63,337 bases of DNA from an uncultured Algimonas sp. GTDB taxonomy: Bacteria > Pseudomonadota > Alphaproteobacteria > Caulobacterales > Maricaulaceae. The translations under genes and the position numbers were made by a program. Location of the stretch: assembly GCA_964490745.1 (NCBI GenBank), contig CAZBDT010000001.1, positions 1 through 63,337 of the forward strand, read 5' to 3'. Below, piece by piece: positions 19,695-29,372 of the stretch; within the stretch, counting starts at the first letter, position 1; every line of letters begins with the position of its first letter. The notes under the pieces are model-generated. The model did no database searches, was not told the DNA's origin, and worked only from the letters and a program-made list of their open reading frames with translations.

Positions 19695-21134
19695 TTACTG
19701 TTCGATATCGGAGTCCAAACCGGACAATTGATTTGTGTCCAGATTTCTAATATTGGAAGAATTAATTTGGCCGGTAATACCGGCATGGCTGCTTATAATT
19801 ATACCGACCGTATCTGAATTATACGCCCGTGACGCATTCACCCCAATAATTTCATTATTATAAATCGTCGCATTCTCAACGCCCTCAATGACAATCCCTT
19901 CATAACGGTCATATCGGACAGGGTTATTTTGCTGGGCAACGCGCGCACCAAGATTTCTAATTTTATTATCTGAGACCGTGACGTCCCGACTGGACTCAAT
20001 TTGAATGGCACGTTGGACACCGTTAAGGCTGTTTCGTGATATAATGACAGGAGCCACGATACGCTCGGCTGTTTGATCATTTGTTGTACGCAATGGCCCA
20101 CTCAGGGACTCAATAGATAATGCGCGTACAACATTTACAAAGATATTGCCCTCCATACGAATATTCTGAGCGCCCCGTTTAGATGAGATACCATCAAAGC
20201 CGCCATAAAAACGGTTATTGATCATCGTATAGTTTCCACCTAGCGCAGCATCATAAGGAGTCGCCGACATATAAATACTCGCGTCACGAATACCAAAAAA
20301 GGATGATTCTTCGATGAGGGCGGATTGCGCGCCCACAACGAACACACCACTGTCACCACCAGCGTTCCGCCAACTATCACTTTGACTGTCAATGGCTTGC
20401 GCCGTTTCAAAATTATCAAAATAAGCGTCACGGTTCTCAGCGCTGATCGGCGCGCCAATTATGGTTAGGCCTCTTATAGAGACCGAGTCTACTTTCGCCC
20501 TCGGATCGGTGCCGCCTGTGGCTCCTCGAATTGACAGACCATCTGTTGTTGATGCCACCGGATCTCCAACGCTAGTTGCGCCAATTCCGCGCCCTTGCGG
20601 TACTGTCCCCGAAAGGTACGCCTGAGATATGTTTAGCTCGCCACCGGTCCAGCTTACATCGACCAAGTCATCTCCACCGCAACGCCCAGAAAAACTCTCA
20701 CTCGTCGCATCGAAATCAATCAAGTCTGAATTGACATTTGGACCCGCGATAAAAATGACGTCCGTGGCGATAATCGAAAAATCCTGATTTCCTAATATGA
20801 CGGACACACCCTCAAGATTATCAATATTATAGGTTCCCGGTGGGATTGTCAGAGTATCGCCTTTAGACGCAGCCTCCTGCAGGGACGTTTGAATCGCAGC
20901 ACTATCATCTAAATTATCATCAGGGATCGCTTGCCACCCAGCTGTTCCGTCGCAAACCCCTCCTGTTGCGGCAAAGCTCGTACTGGCCGAAGGCGGGGAT
21001 GGGGGCGGAGGGGGCGGTGAAACTGACGTTGTCGGCATTGATGATCCGCCGCCACCCCCACAGGAAACAATCATCAAGCTCAAGACTGTCAAAAAACCAA
21101 AGCCAGGCTTCATCCGCTGAAAAGGCAACATCAT
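19695..21134 (-). CDS. Right-handed parallel beta-helix lipoprotein (pectin-lyase fold), unknown CAZyme
   Basis: IVSCGGGGG lipobox, Pro-rich linker, DDSAAIQ...TLTIPPGTY N-cap motif, repeated I..N.F / GI.I turns. Confidence 0.75.
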   Translation of the reverse strand: MMLPFQRMKPGFGFLTVLSLMIVSCGGGGGSSMPTTSVSPPPPPPSPPSASTSFAATGGVCDGTAGWQAIPDDNLDDSAAIQTSLQEAASKGDTLTIPPGTYNIDNLEGVSVILGNQDFSIIATDVIFIAGPNVNSDLIDFDATSESFSGRCGGDDLVDVSWTGGELNISQAYLSGTVPQGRGIGATSVGDPVASTTDGLSIRGATGGTDPRAKVDSVSIRGLTIIGAPISAENRDAYFDNFETAQAIDSQSDSWRNAGGDSGVFVVGAQSALIEESSFFGIRDASIYMSATPYDAALGGNYTMINNRFYGGFDGISSKRGAQNIRMEGNIFVNVVRALSIESLSGPLRTTNDQTAERIVAPVIISRNSLNGVQRAIQIESSRDVTVSDNKIRNLGARVAQQNNPVRYDRYEGIVIEGVENATIYNNEIIGVNASRAYNSDTVGIIISSHAGITGQINSSNIRNLDTNQLSGLDSDIEQ

Positions 21135-21350
21135 TCAATTATCTCCCCATTTTTATTCTGAGAATATAAGCAAGAATTAATCAATATCAATCAGTTTCAA
21201 TCATTATTGCGCAGATATGGCGCTCAAATCTCGCACCAGTGTCAAAATCATTGAGGTAACAAAACGGCCGAACGTTTGTCTGATGTGAGCACATCCTAGG
21301 TGAAGAGGGCAGATTTTTTTAAAAGACAAAGCCCGTTCACTTTTGAGCCC

Positions 21351-21375
21351 AAAAAAAGCGGCCTAAGGCACCGCT
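21351..21375 (-). terminator. Terminator after the sulfotransferase
   Basis: AGCGG...CCGCT stem with an A7 run on +. Confidence 0.6.
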
Positions 21376-21433
21376 GTAAGTTTTCACGTAATATTGCCGA
21401 ATCTCTTTAACAGGCCAGTCCTTAAATAGGAGA

Positions 21434-23221
21434 TCACTTTGAAGTTTCAGTGAGTGATACCTTCAACGGTGTTAGATATTCCTCTACCCCTTTCCAAACG
21501 CCAATCGCGGTCGTAAAGAGTGGCTGTCTAACCTGTTCACTACTGGCTGTGCGAACGGCACGTTTTGATGCGTGGAAGTTCAGACAGCCCGGCTCAAAAG
21601 CGAGTCCAATATGGTCTAAGATGATACGTAATTGCCGCTCTAGATCTTTAACCAACGCCTCATATTGAATATGCAATACGCGATCAGATAAAAGACGATC
21701 CCAATGGGACATGATTTTCAGATAGGTTAAATAATAAGTACCAATATTTTCCAGCTTATAACTAAACTCCACACCGTACGCGAAAAACTGCTTAAATAAG
21801 CTCAAGCCACAATCCATTGGATCGCGTCTGATATCTAATATAATAGCTTGGGGCAAAATTTTGTGAATGAGCCCAATATGTTCGAAATTATGTGGGAGCT
21901 TGTCGATAAAATAGGGCGATTTCTCAGATCTGAAAACGGCGCTTTCGTCTAAGTAATCTTGTCCGAAATGCGCTAAGTCATCTTCGGAAAATAGATCGAG
22001 GCTCTGTAAAAAAGGTTTTGAAAATCGACTAGCTGCAGTGAGGTGCATTTTACGTTTTATATTTGGTAAAACAGGTAACTCCATTGTGCCTTCTATCTGA
22101 GAATGGCTGGCCAAAATCTGCTCTAACAGAGTCGATCCAGAACGGGGTAATCCAATAATGAATATAGGCGTAGGTCCTGTCGGGATCGGCTTCGCCTGTT
22201 TCATCAAGGCAGATTTATGAAAGAAATAGATTAAGTTATCAGCCGCAGATTTGAACTTTTCCGGATCAAACCGTGAGGAGGGATAAGCTGCATTCGCCCT
22301 TTTATAATGCGGCATGGCCGCGTGCAATCCGGAGCGGATTTCATGCGCCTTAGCCAAGGCAAATAAGGCCTGACACTGATGTTCCGGGCTCAAAGCCCCA
22401 CTTTGCGTGAGGGTTTCCAAACGCTCTATCTCAGATGACGAAAATCTATAAGTTTTGAGATCTGCTAAAGCCCACCAAGGCGCGCCGCTTTGCGGTTTAT
22501 TTTGTATGGATGCGCGGTAGGACGTGATCGCATCCTCTCTCTGGCCGAGAGTTTTTAACGCATGACCTCGTAGTAGATCCAGCTCACTCATAAGCGCCTG
22601 ATTACCTGCGCATAAAGGTTTAGCAGCCTGACAGGCCTTCACCGCCTCGTCATTAAATCCAAAGCGAATAAACAAACCGATACGCGACCAAGCATTCGCA
22701 AAATTGTTTTCCAGGTTTAACAGTTCAGTAGTCGTTTTTATCGCGTCCTCGACATGGCCCGCATCTTGTTGAGCGCCGACAAGTATTTTTCTTAAATGCA
22801 GGTTCGCTGGGGAATGTTGTAGTCCCCGCCGAAGAATTTCGACTTGATCTTCAAAGGCGCTTTGCATTTGAAAAAGATGAGACAATGTGAATACGGCCCT
22901 TGGATGCCCCGAAAATGCCCTGAGCATATCTTCCGCAATATGCTTTGCTTTTTCAAATTGGCGCTCGGTCATCGCCTGCTGGATCAGTCGGAACTCTATT
23001 TGAAGCGGATCGAACGCTTCCGCCCGTTCACAAGCTTCAATCGCGCGTGGATAATCTCCGAGATGATACAAGCTTGCCGAGAGCTCTAGCCAGCTTTCAT
23101 AGCTATTGGGTACAAGGCGTATAGCCGCCTCAAATGCGTCTTTTGCGGCCTTAAAATCTTGGCTCTTTAAAAACGCTTTGCCGCGAGACATGCAGTTTTC
23201 ATATGTCTGGCCATTGCTCAT
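21434..23221 (-). CDS. TPR-repeat sulfotransferase-family protein
   Basis: N-terminal TPR-like helices; PIFIIGLPRSGSTLLEQILASH (PAPS loop), FIDKLPHNF, RDPMDCGLS and TASSEQVRQP motifs. Confidence 0.9.
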   Translation of the reverse strand: MSNGQTYENCMSRGKAFLKSQDFKAAKDAFEAAIRLVPNSYESWLELSASLYHLGDYPRAIEACERAEAFDPLQIEFRLIQQAMTERQFEKAKHIAEDMLRAFSGHPRAVFTLSHLFQMQSAFEDQVEILRRGLQHSPANLHLRKILVGAQQDAGHVEDAIKTTTELLNLENNFANAWSRIGLFIRFGFNDEAVKACQAAKPLCAGNQALMSELDLLRGHALKTLGQREDAITSYRASIQNKPQSGAPWWALADLKTYRFSSSEIERLETLTQSGALSPEHQCQALFALAKAHEIRSGLHAAMPHYKRANAAYPSSRFDPEKFKSAADNLIYFFHKSALMKQAKPIPTGPTPIFIIGLPRSGSTLLEQILASHSQIEGTMELPVLPNIKRKMHLTAASRFSKPFLQSLDLFSEDDLAHFGQDYLDESAVFRSEKSPYFIDKLPHNFEHIGLIHKILPQAIILDIRRDPMDCGLSLFKQFFAYGVEFSYKLENIGTYYLTYLKIMSHWDRLLSDRVLHIQYEALVKDLERQLRIILDHIGLAFEPGCLNFHASKRAVRTASSEQVRQPLFTTAIGVWKGVEEYLTPLKVSLTETSK

Positions 23222-23261
23222 ATCGTCCGTGTAATCGCTCTGTAGATAATCATAAAGTCAT

Positions 23262-23289
23262 AAAAAAAACGGAGGCCGAAACCTCCGTT
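23262..23289 (-). terminator. Terminator between TBDR 3 and the sulfotransferase
   Basis: AACGGAGG / CCTCCGTT stem with an A-run on +. Confidence 0.8.
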
Positions 23290-23317
23290 AAATTACATAA
23301 GGATTGCTTGGCAATTT

Positions 23318-26300
23318 CTACATTTTGTAGTTCACGCCCAAGAAGACAAAGCGTCCGCGCGGTCCAACCGGCCAAGCGGTTTGCGTCGCGAAGGGGTCTT
23401 CGTCACTGATATTATTGACACCGCCATAAACTGTGAATTGATCATTCACGTCATAAGATGCATTTGCGTCGAAAATATAGGTTTCTCCAAAGAAGCCTGC
23501 ATCACCGAATTGACCCGCGAGTACGTCCTCAATTTCGTCAACCGCTTGCTTGCTTTGATAACTAGTTTGGAAACCAACCCCAATTGGACCACGATCCCAC
23601 GTCAGAAGAAGATTGCCTGATAGTTTTGGACTTTGAACTTCTCTCAGCCCAGGATCAATTTCTGACAGGTTAGACGGGTTAAAGAAGCGATCCAATTTCT
23701 CTTGATAAGATCCGACTAAATTGGCTCCAAATGTATTATCACCCATGTCGAATGAATAATTAGCTGCAACATCAACACCACTAGCCTCAAGGCGCGCAAA
23801 GTTAATTTGTCCACTGGTTAAGTCAGCCAAACCGCCATCGCCTCTCCGTTCGAAAGCCCCACAAAATGGAACATTCGGGAAATCCGTAGAATCCAGACAG
23901 CCCTCTAAAATATCTCCAGCGCCAACGGCGGAAATTGCATTCTCAATTTCGATATCCCAATAATCAACCGTCAGAGAGAACCCTTGCAGGAATGACGGAC
24001 GAATGACCGCACCTATTGTGAAAGTGTCAGCTGTTTCGACATCAAGGTTTGGATTACCCCCTGATGAGCCTGTGAAACGACCTGTCAGTGGGTTTTCCCA
24101 AATATAGTTCCCATTGGCATCTAGGATTTCAGCGTTAGGGACACCAGCGGCCTGAAGTGAGGCTATACAATTTGTCTCACGAATATCTGTACCAGCTGGG
24201 CCAAGTCCAACATTTTCTAGGTTACACGGATCTTGGTCAGAGCCGATTTGAATTGGGTTCTCGGGGTCAAAGAGTTCGGCGATATTTGGCGCACGGACCG
24301 CGCGAGATAATGTACCCCGTAAGCTAACGTCATTTATCGGTGCCCAAGTTGCACCAAGCTTCCAAGTTGTTTGACCACCCAGCGTGCTGTAATCAGCATA
24401 TCTTACGGCTGCGTCCACTGTGAGCTCTTCAGCAAGCGTAACGCCTCTGAAGACCGGAACCCGCACCTCACCATAAACTTCACGAACATCGAAATTGCCA
24501 TTGGTGTTGAACTGCTGATCATTATCAATGCTGATGAAAGAGTTCAGGAATGGATCAATCGTATTGGAAAGCACACCCGGTGTGAAAGATGTCCCCTGCG
24601 GTAAGACACCTAAAACAAGCGGATCTTTTGTATCTTCACTCGTTTCACGACGATATTCAGCCCCAACCGCATAACCGATTGGGCCGTCTAAGAGACTTCC
24701 CAAGACGTCAAAATTACCCGCGGCTGTTCCTGAAATAACCGTTTGAGTCAGCTTAATTTCATCTGTTAAGTCCGCTCGTAAGAAATCCTGAGCCGCTTCA
24801 CTGACTGAGTTGTCGCCGAAAGGATTTAGCGGCTGACATTGTCCATCACCCGGCGTGAAGGAATAATATCGGTTTGACGCAAATCCACCATCAGCGAAGC
24901 CGTTACCAGCTGTGAAATAGTCAATCTCATAAAATGCGTCAGGGTCTAGGTCAGATCGACAGACGATGCTTCCATCCGGTGCTCTAACAGCGTCGGTTGC
25001 GGCAAATTGACGATCCAGAAAGACAGTGGAACTGTCCTGCGTATTTTTAAATTGGCCATGGTTTCCAGAGATTTCAAACCGATGTCCGGAATCTGTTTCC
25101 CATTTCAAACCACCCACAAAACGGAGTGTTTCGCGTTCGGTAATTGTGGGGTTATCATCCAATAAATCAATCGGGTCTTGCGTGAGAAGCAATCCACCTG
25201 TCTGGGCCACAACAGGCAAAAGCTCTGTCGGAATGAAGGGGTTATCAGGCGCGATAAACAATGTGTCGTAGAATGAATCCTGTTCCCCAAATGTCGTCGA
25301 TTCGGCAGTTACATATTTGGCTTCGACAAAAGCGGTCAGGCCGGGAGCCAAATCGTAGGTAGAGTTTACATTGATAGAGAAGGAATCTGTCTCAGGATAT
25401 AAAGTGTCTTTGTTGAAATTGAACAATCCACCGCTGCCGCTACCGTCCGGGTTACCAACACCCCGGAAACTGGAATCTCCAATCAGAGATTCTTCGAAAA
25501 CGCTGACCGACCCGTCAGAATTAGTGACCCAACATCCCGCAAGGAAGCCGATTTGACCACCACGCGATTCTTGACAATCGGCAATGCCATTATTGTTCAA
25601 ATCGACATAGGTAACGTCGCGTCCGCCAAAGCCGGGTGCAATCGAACCTGTCTGAGAGGATAGCCATACGCGAGGATCTCTCGCAATGATGCGAGCTGGC
25701 GAATTACTCGCACGATCAAGTAAAGCCTGTTCAGTTGCGGTCAGGTTTAAGCCGGTTGCATCGAAACCAACAAGGCTCGTTCCGATTGTCAAACCATTGA
25801 AGTTAGGTGTGTCAGAACCAAGATCGCCGGCTTGTAAACGAAGCGCTGGGTTAGCGAGGTCAACTGCAATATTGTTGTCACGAGAGAATGCTCGATCCGC
25901 ATTTGTAAGCGATGTATCCTCAACGTAACTTGCGCTGATAACAAAATTACCGCGATCATTGTCAAAGTTCTTACCATATGTGGCATCAATCACGAAGTTC
26001 TCAGCATCACCCTGCGTTGAAATGCCGCCCCGAACATCTGCTTCAAAACCCTCGAAATCATCTTTCAAAATAAAGTCGACAACCCCCGTAACCGCATCGG
26101 CACCATAAATGGCTGATGCGCCTCCAGTTGTCACATTGACCCTTTCGACCAGAGCACGCGGGATTGAACTGACGTCAACAGAGGCAGACCCACGGAAGCC
26201 AGCCACATGGCGACGACCATTAACGAGCGTCAATGTCCGCGCCGCGCCGAGGCCGCGCAGGTTTAATGAACTTCCGCCGGAAACGGAGTTCTCAACGGAT

Positions 26301-26569
26301 GTAGATGAAACAAGCGCAGGAATGTCATTAACAATTTCTGCCAAGCTAATTTCACCGGACAGTTGAATAGCTTCACTATCGATCGACTGAACAGGAATAG
26401 AGGAAATCAGATTAGGATCTTGTGGAATTCGCGAACCCGTAACGACAATAACATCATCTGCCGCCGCGTCTTGCGCTGTCGCCGTTGTCGAAAGTCCAGC
26501 CAAAGACATAGCCAATAAACTGGCGGAGGCGGTCAGACGGCCTCTAAAAATTTTGGTATTCAGTCCCAT
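23318..26569 (-). CDS. TonB-dependent receptor
   Basis: Start placed at ATG 26569 (MGLNTK; purine-rich RBS upstream). Signal peptide, DVIVVTGSRI, LRGLGAARTLTLVNGRR, GGASAIYGADAVTGVV, RAPNIAELF, GNPNL. Confidence 0.93.
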   Translation of the reverse strand: MGLNTKIFRGRLTASASLLAMSLAGLSTTATAQDAAADDVIVVTGSRIPQDPNLISSIPVQSIDSEAIQLSGEISLAEIVNDIPALVSSTSVENSVSGGSSLNLRGLGAARTLTLVNGRRHVAGFRGSASVDVSSIPRALVERVNVTTGGASAIYGADAVTGVVDFILKDDFEGFEADVRGGISTQGDAENFVIDATYGKNFDNDRGNFVISASYVEDTSLTNADRAFSRDNNIAVDLANPALRLQAGDLGSDTPNFNGLTIGTSLVGFDATGLNLTATEQALLDRASNSPARIIARDPRVWLSSQTGSIAPGFGGRDVTYVDLNNNGIADCQESRGGQIGFLAGCWVTNSDGSVSVFEESLIGDSSFRGVGNPDGSGSGGLFNFNKDTLYPETDSFSINVNSTYDLAPGLTAFVEAKYVTAESTTFGEQDSFYDTLFIAPDNPFIPTELLPVVAQTGGLLLTQDPIDLLDDNPTITERETLRFVGGLKWETDSGHRFEISGNHGQFKNTQDSSTVFLDRQFAATDAVRAPDGSIVCRSDLDPDAFYEIDYFTAGNGFADGGFASNRYYSFTPGDGQCQPLNPFGDNSVSEAAQDFLRADLTDEIKLTQTVISGTAAGNFDVLGSLLDGPIGYAVGAEYRRETSEDTKDPLVLGVLPQGTSFTPGVLSNTIDPFLNSFISIDNDQQFNTNGNFDVREVYGEVRVPVFRGVTLAEELTVDAAVRYADYSTLGGQTTWKLGATWAPINDVSLRGTLSRAVRAPNIAELFDPENPIQIGSDQDPCNLENVGLGPAGTDIRETNCIASLQAAGVPNAEILDANGNYIWENPLTGRFTGSSGGNPNLDVETADTFTIGAVIRPSFLQGFSLTVDYWDIEIENAISAVGAGDILEGCLDSTDFPNVPFCGAFERRGDGGLADLTSGQINFARLEASGVDVAANYSFDMGDNTFGANLVGSYQEKLDRFFNPSNLSEIDPGLREVQSPKLSGNLLLTWDRGPIGVGFQTSYQSKQAVDEIEDVLAGQFGDAGFFGETYIFDANASYDVNDQFTVYGGVNNISDEDPFATQTAWPVGPRGRFVFLGVNYKM

Positions 26570-26727
26570 AATGGTTCCCTTCAAATATGGTATGTGGCTG
26601 TATTGTAATTGTCTTGAAGCTGCCACTTCAAGTATCTTGTTTAATATATGGTTGTTCAAAAAATGATCTTTCAAACAAAGTTGAAAGATTGTGTTTTCTA
26701 TCTTGTCGGTGCTGTCATTTTCACCAT

Positions 26728-27837
26728 TTACACTCCCTTATGTAATTTATGCAGTTCCTCTAACGGCACATAATCAATATCAAACCCAAAGCAGCGCGGT
26801 GCGACGGCCTTCAAGGCTGCTTTCGATCTGTAAAACTCGGAACAGCCAATTGCAAAGACGGCAACGCGATGACCATAGCGCAACCGCTCGGCATTGATGG
26901 GCGTCCCGGTTTCATACTCGACAATCACGATGAGGTCAGGAACGCTTGCAACAACGCGATTGCCCAACGTGGCCAGTAAATATTCGTTTTTGATGTTGAT
27001 TTTTAAAGTCTCGCCAGAACCGTCAAAACGCCTAAGCGTGGCTTCACCAACATCATATCCGCCAATGATACGCGTGGCTTTATCCGTGACCTTGCCCTCA
27101 AAAATAAGTCGGCATTCGCCGTAAATTGAAGACTCGAAAATGTCTTTCAATGGCGAGATAAGGTCATCCGCGCGACCCCGATTTTCTCTCAGCGTTTGAC
27201 CTAACTTCACAGAAAAACTGACGGTTTCGGGAATAACAGATTGTTTGAGTTCCGCACCTGTCATCCCATGCTCCACCGTTGTGACCATGCCGCCTGCGGC
27301 CATCGCGTAGCTGCGAATATGCCGCTCATACACATCGGTCGTATCGGTCTGGAACGTCGCTTGGTTCCCGGCATAGTCATATGCCAGAGCGGGCGTCGGT
27401 TTTACGCCCGCAATGGCATAGGACATCATTTGGGCTTCCGGTAAAGCGCGGCCCATGCCGTCGCCGTCAATGACAGGCAGACCTTTTCCGGCGGCTGCGA
27501 CCAAAGGCACCAAAGAGTTACCGCCGCCAATTTCAAAGGATGCAACCGCGTCCACTTTGCGGCCCACATGGTTTTCAAAAGCCTCAATAGCGCGAGGGGC
27601 CTCGTCTAGAGACGGAAGTAACTCCAAGCTGACCGTAGGTGCGCCAACACTGCCAATTGGAACGACAAAAGCTTCATCTGAGACATGCTCAGCTTTAATA
27701 AGAGGCACCGGGCCATGTGCCTTTATAGCCTCCCGGGCTATGAGCAGGGGAATGTGCGGGTCACCGCCACCGCCAGTTGCCAGAAAGACCGACCCTAGGG
27801 CGAGATCGTCAAGATCATTGAGGCCTATCTCTTTCAT
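26728..27837 (-). CDS. DUF917-family protein (thiohydantoin desulfurase-like family)
   Basis: LATGGGGDP, VGAPTV, EIGGGNS, DGDGMGRALPE, NEYL and VPDLI motifs. Confidence 0.88.
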   Translation of the reverse strand: MKEIGLNDLDDLALGSVFLATGGGGDPHIPLLIAREAIKAHGPVPLIKAEHVSDEAFVVPIGSVGAPTVSLELLPSLDEAPRAIEAFENHVGRKVDAVASFEIGGGNSLVPLVAAAGKGLPVIDGDGMGRALPEAQMMSYAIAGVKPTPALAYDYAGNQATFQTDTTDVYERHIRSYAMAAGGMVTTVEHGMTGAELKQSVIPETVSFSVKLGQTLRENRGRADDLISPLKDIFESSIYGECRLIFEGKVTDKATRIIGGYDVGEATLRRFDGSGETLKINIKNEYLLATLGNRVVASVPDLIVIVEYETGTPINAERLRYGHRVAVFAIGCSEFYRSKAALKAVAPRCFGFDIDYVPLEELHKLHKGV

Positions 27838-29372
27838 GACGCCAGCTCCCCAATGACTTTTACCCGAACTCTTGTGGCGCCTTCATCCATATATGGAATC
27901 GCCGTTTCCTCTATATCAAGTGTGCGGATCGTGTTTTGATCAGCGCCGGCATCCACTGCCCGTGCAGTCGCGGCTTGCGTAATCTGCGCAATCGCGTCCT
28001 CACGGGGTGTCGACCTGTAAGACACCATGCGTTCAACCTCGCCGCCCACTTGCGCAATCGCAGCCCCAATTGCATTTGCAACATCCGCATGTTTTGGACG
28101 ATGAAGTTGTGACGCCGAGTCTAATCCTTGCGTGACGAGTACCGCGCCTCCGCCGACCAAAATAACGGGTATATCTTTCCCGCCGGGTTTCATCATCTCT
28201 ATATTGTCATTAAGCATTTTATGAAGGGTCGTTTCGGCGCGCTTGACCGTCTTTTGCAGCAGATGAGAAACCTTGGTCTGGTCACCGATTTCTGCCGCTC
28301 CGCTCGCGACGAGGATGTCTGTTGCGGTCAATACATCTCCCCCAAAGACGAGACCTTGTGTCACCAAATTATGGCCTACGGAGTGCGGGCCGATTTGGTG
28401 GCCATCGTCTGAGACCTTACTACCTCCGCCTAATCCGACCGCCAGAATGTCAGGCATGCGGAAATTTGTTCTAATACCACCAATATCCACGATTACATTT
28501 GACTCTCGCGGAAAGCCGCCTTGCAAAACGCCAATATCAGACGTGGTACCACCAATATCGACCACGATGGCATCTTCAAGGCCTGTTAATTTGTAAGCGC
28601 CCCGCAGCGAATTTGTCGGACCGGAGGCAAAGGTAAGCGCCGGAAAAGCACGTACAAAATCGGCGCTCATTAATGTGCCGTCATTTTGACTGATATAGGC
28701 TGGGCATTTTAACCCTCTGTTCGAGAGCGCGCTCAAGAAAGCACTCACGACTTTATCCGCAAAGGGCAAAAGTGCGGTATTCATGATCGTGGCATTTTCC
28801 CGTTCCATTAGGCCCAGCCTCCCAAAGAGATGAGAGAGTGTTATCCGCGCGTCAGGAATTTCGCTAAGAATGGCACTTGCAAGCTGAGTTTCAGGTGCAT
28901 TGTTCATGGGGGAAAAAGCTGAGGCAATCGCGATATTTTTGACCCCTTTGCGCGAAATATCCGCAATGACCGCTTTGATTTCCACCTCGCGCATGTCTGC
29001 GATGGGCCACCCGTCATAAAGATAGCCGCCATGCAACATGTAAATATGCGTTCCAAAGGTGGCTTTCATATCGTTCGGCCAATCGATCATAGGAGGCATT
29101 CCACGCCCGGATGGCAAGCCGATGCGTATGACCGCGACGTCCGAAAGTTCACGGCGTTCAATAATCGCATTCGTGAATTGTGTGGTCCCAATCATGACGG
29201 AGTGAATTTGTGAGGTTGATAAGTCTGATTGCATCAAAACCTCACCCAAAGCTTCAGAAACGCCTTGGACAACATCTGCTGACGTCAAGGCCTTTGTCGC
29301 GGCGATGACGTCATCGCCGTCTAAAATAACAGCATCCGTATGCGTTCCGCCAACATCAATTCCAATCCTCAT
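27834..29372 (-). CDS. Hydantoinase/oxoprolinase family protein (HyuA-like ATPase)
   Basis: IGIDVGGTHTD, GTTQFTNA, ERENATIMN, QNDGTL, SGPTNS, DIGGTTSD and ANAIGAA motifs. Confidence 0.9.
   Translation of the reverse strand: MRIGIDVGGTHTDAVILDGDDVIAATKALTSADVVQGVSEALGEVLMQSDLSTSQIHSVMIGTTQFTNAIIERRELSDVAVIRIGLPSGRGMPPMIDWPNDMKATFGTHIYMLHGGYLYDGWPIADMREVEIKAVIADISRKGVKNIAIASAFSPMNNAPETQLASAILSEIPDARITLSHLFGRLGLMERENATIMNTALLPFADKVVSAFLSALSNRGLKCPAYISQNDGTLMSADFVRAFPALTFASGPTNSLRGAYKLTGLEDAIVVDIGGTTSDIGVLQGGFPRESNVIVDIGGIRTNFRMPDILAVGLGGGSKVSDDGHQIGPHSVGHNLVTQGLVFGGDVLTATDILVASGAAEIGDQTKVSHLLQKTVKRAETTLHKMLNDNIEMMKPGGKDIPVILVGGGAVLVTQGLDSASQLHRPKHADVANAIGAAIAQVGGEVERMVSYRSTPREDAIAQITQAATARAVDAGADQNTIRTLDIEETAIPYMDEGATRVRVKVIGELAS

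Noticed and set aside
20990-21062. G-rich low-complexity tract resembling a G-quadruplex or repeat
   Set aside because: Explained by the poly-Pro and poly-Gly linker codons of the beta-helix lipoprotein on the - strand
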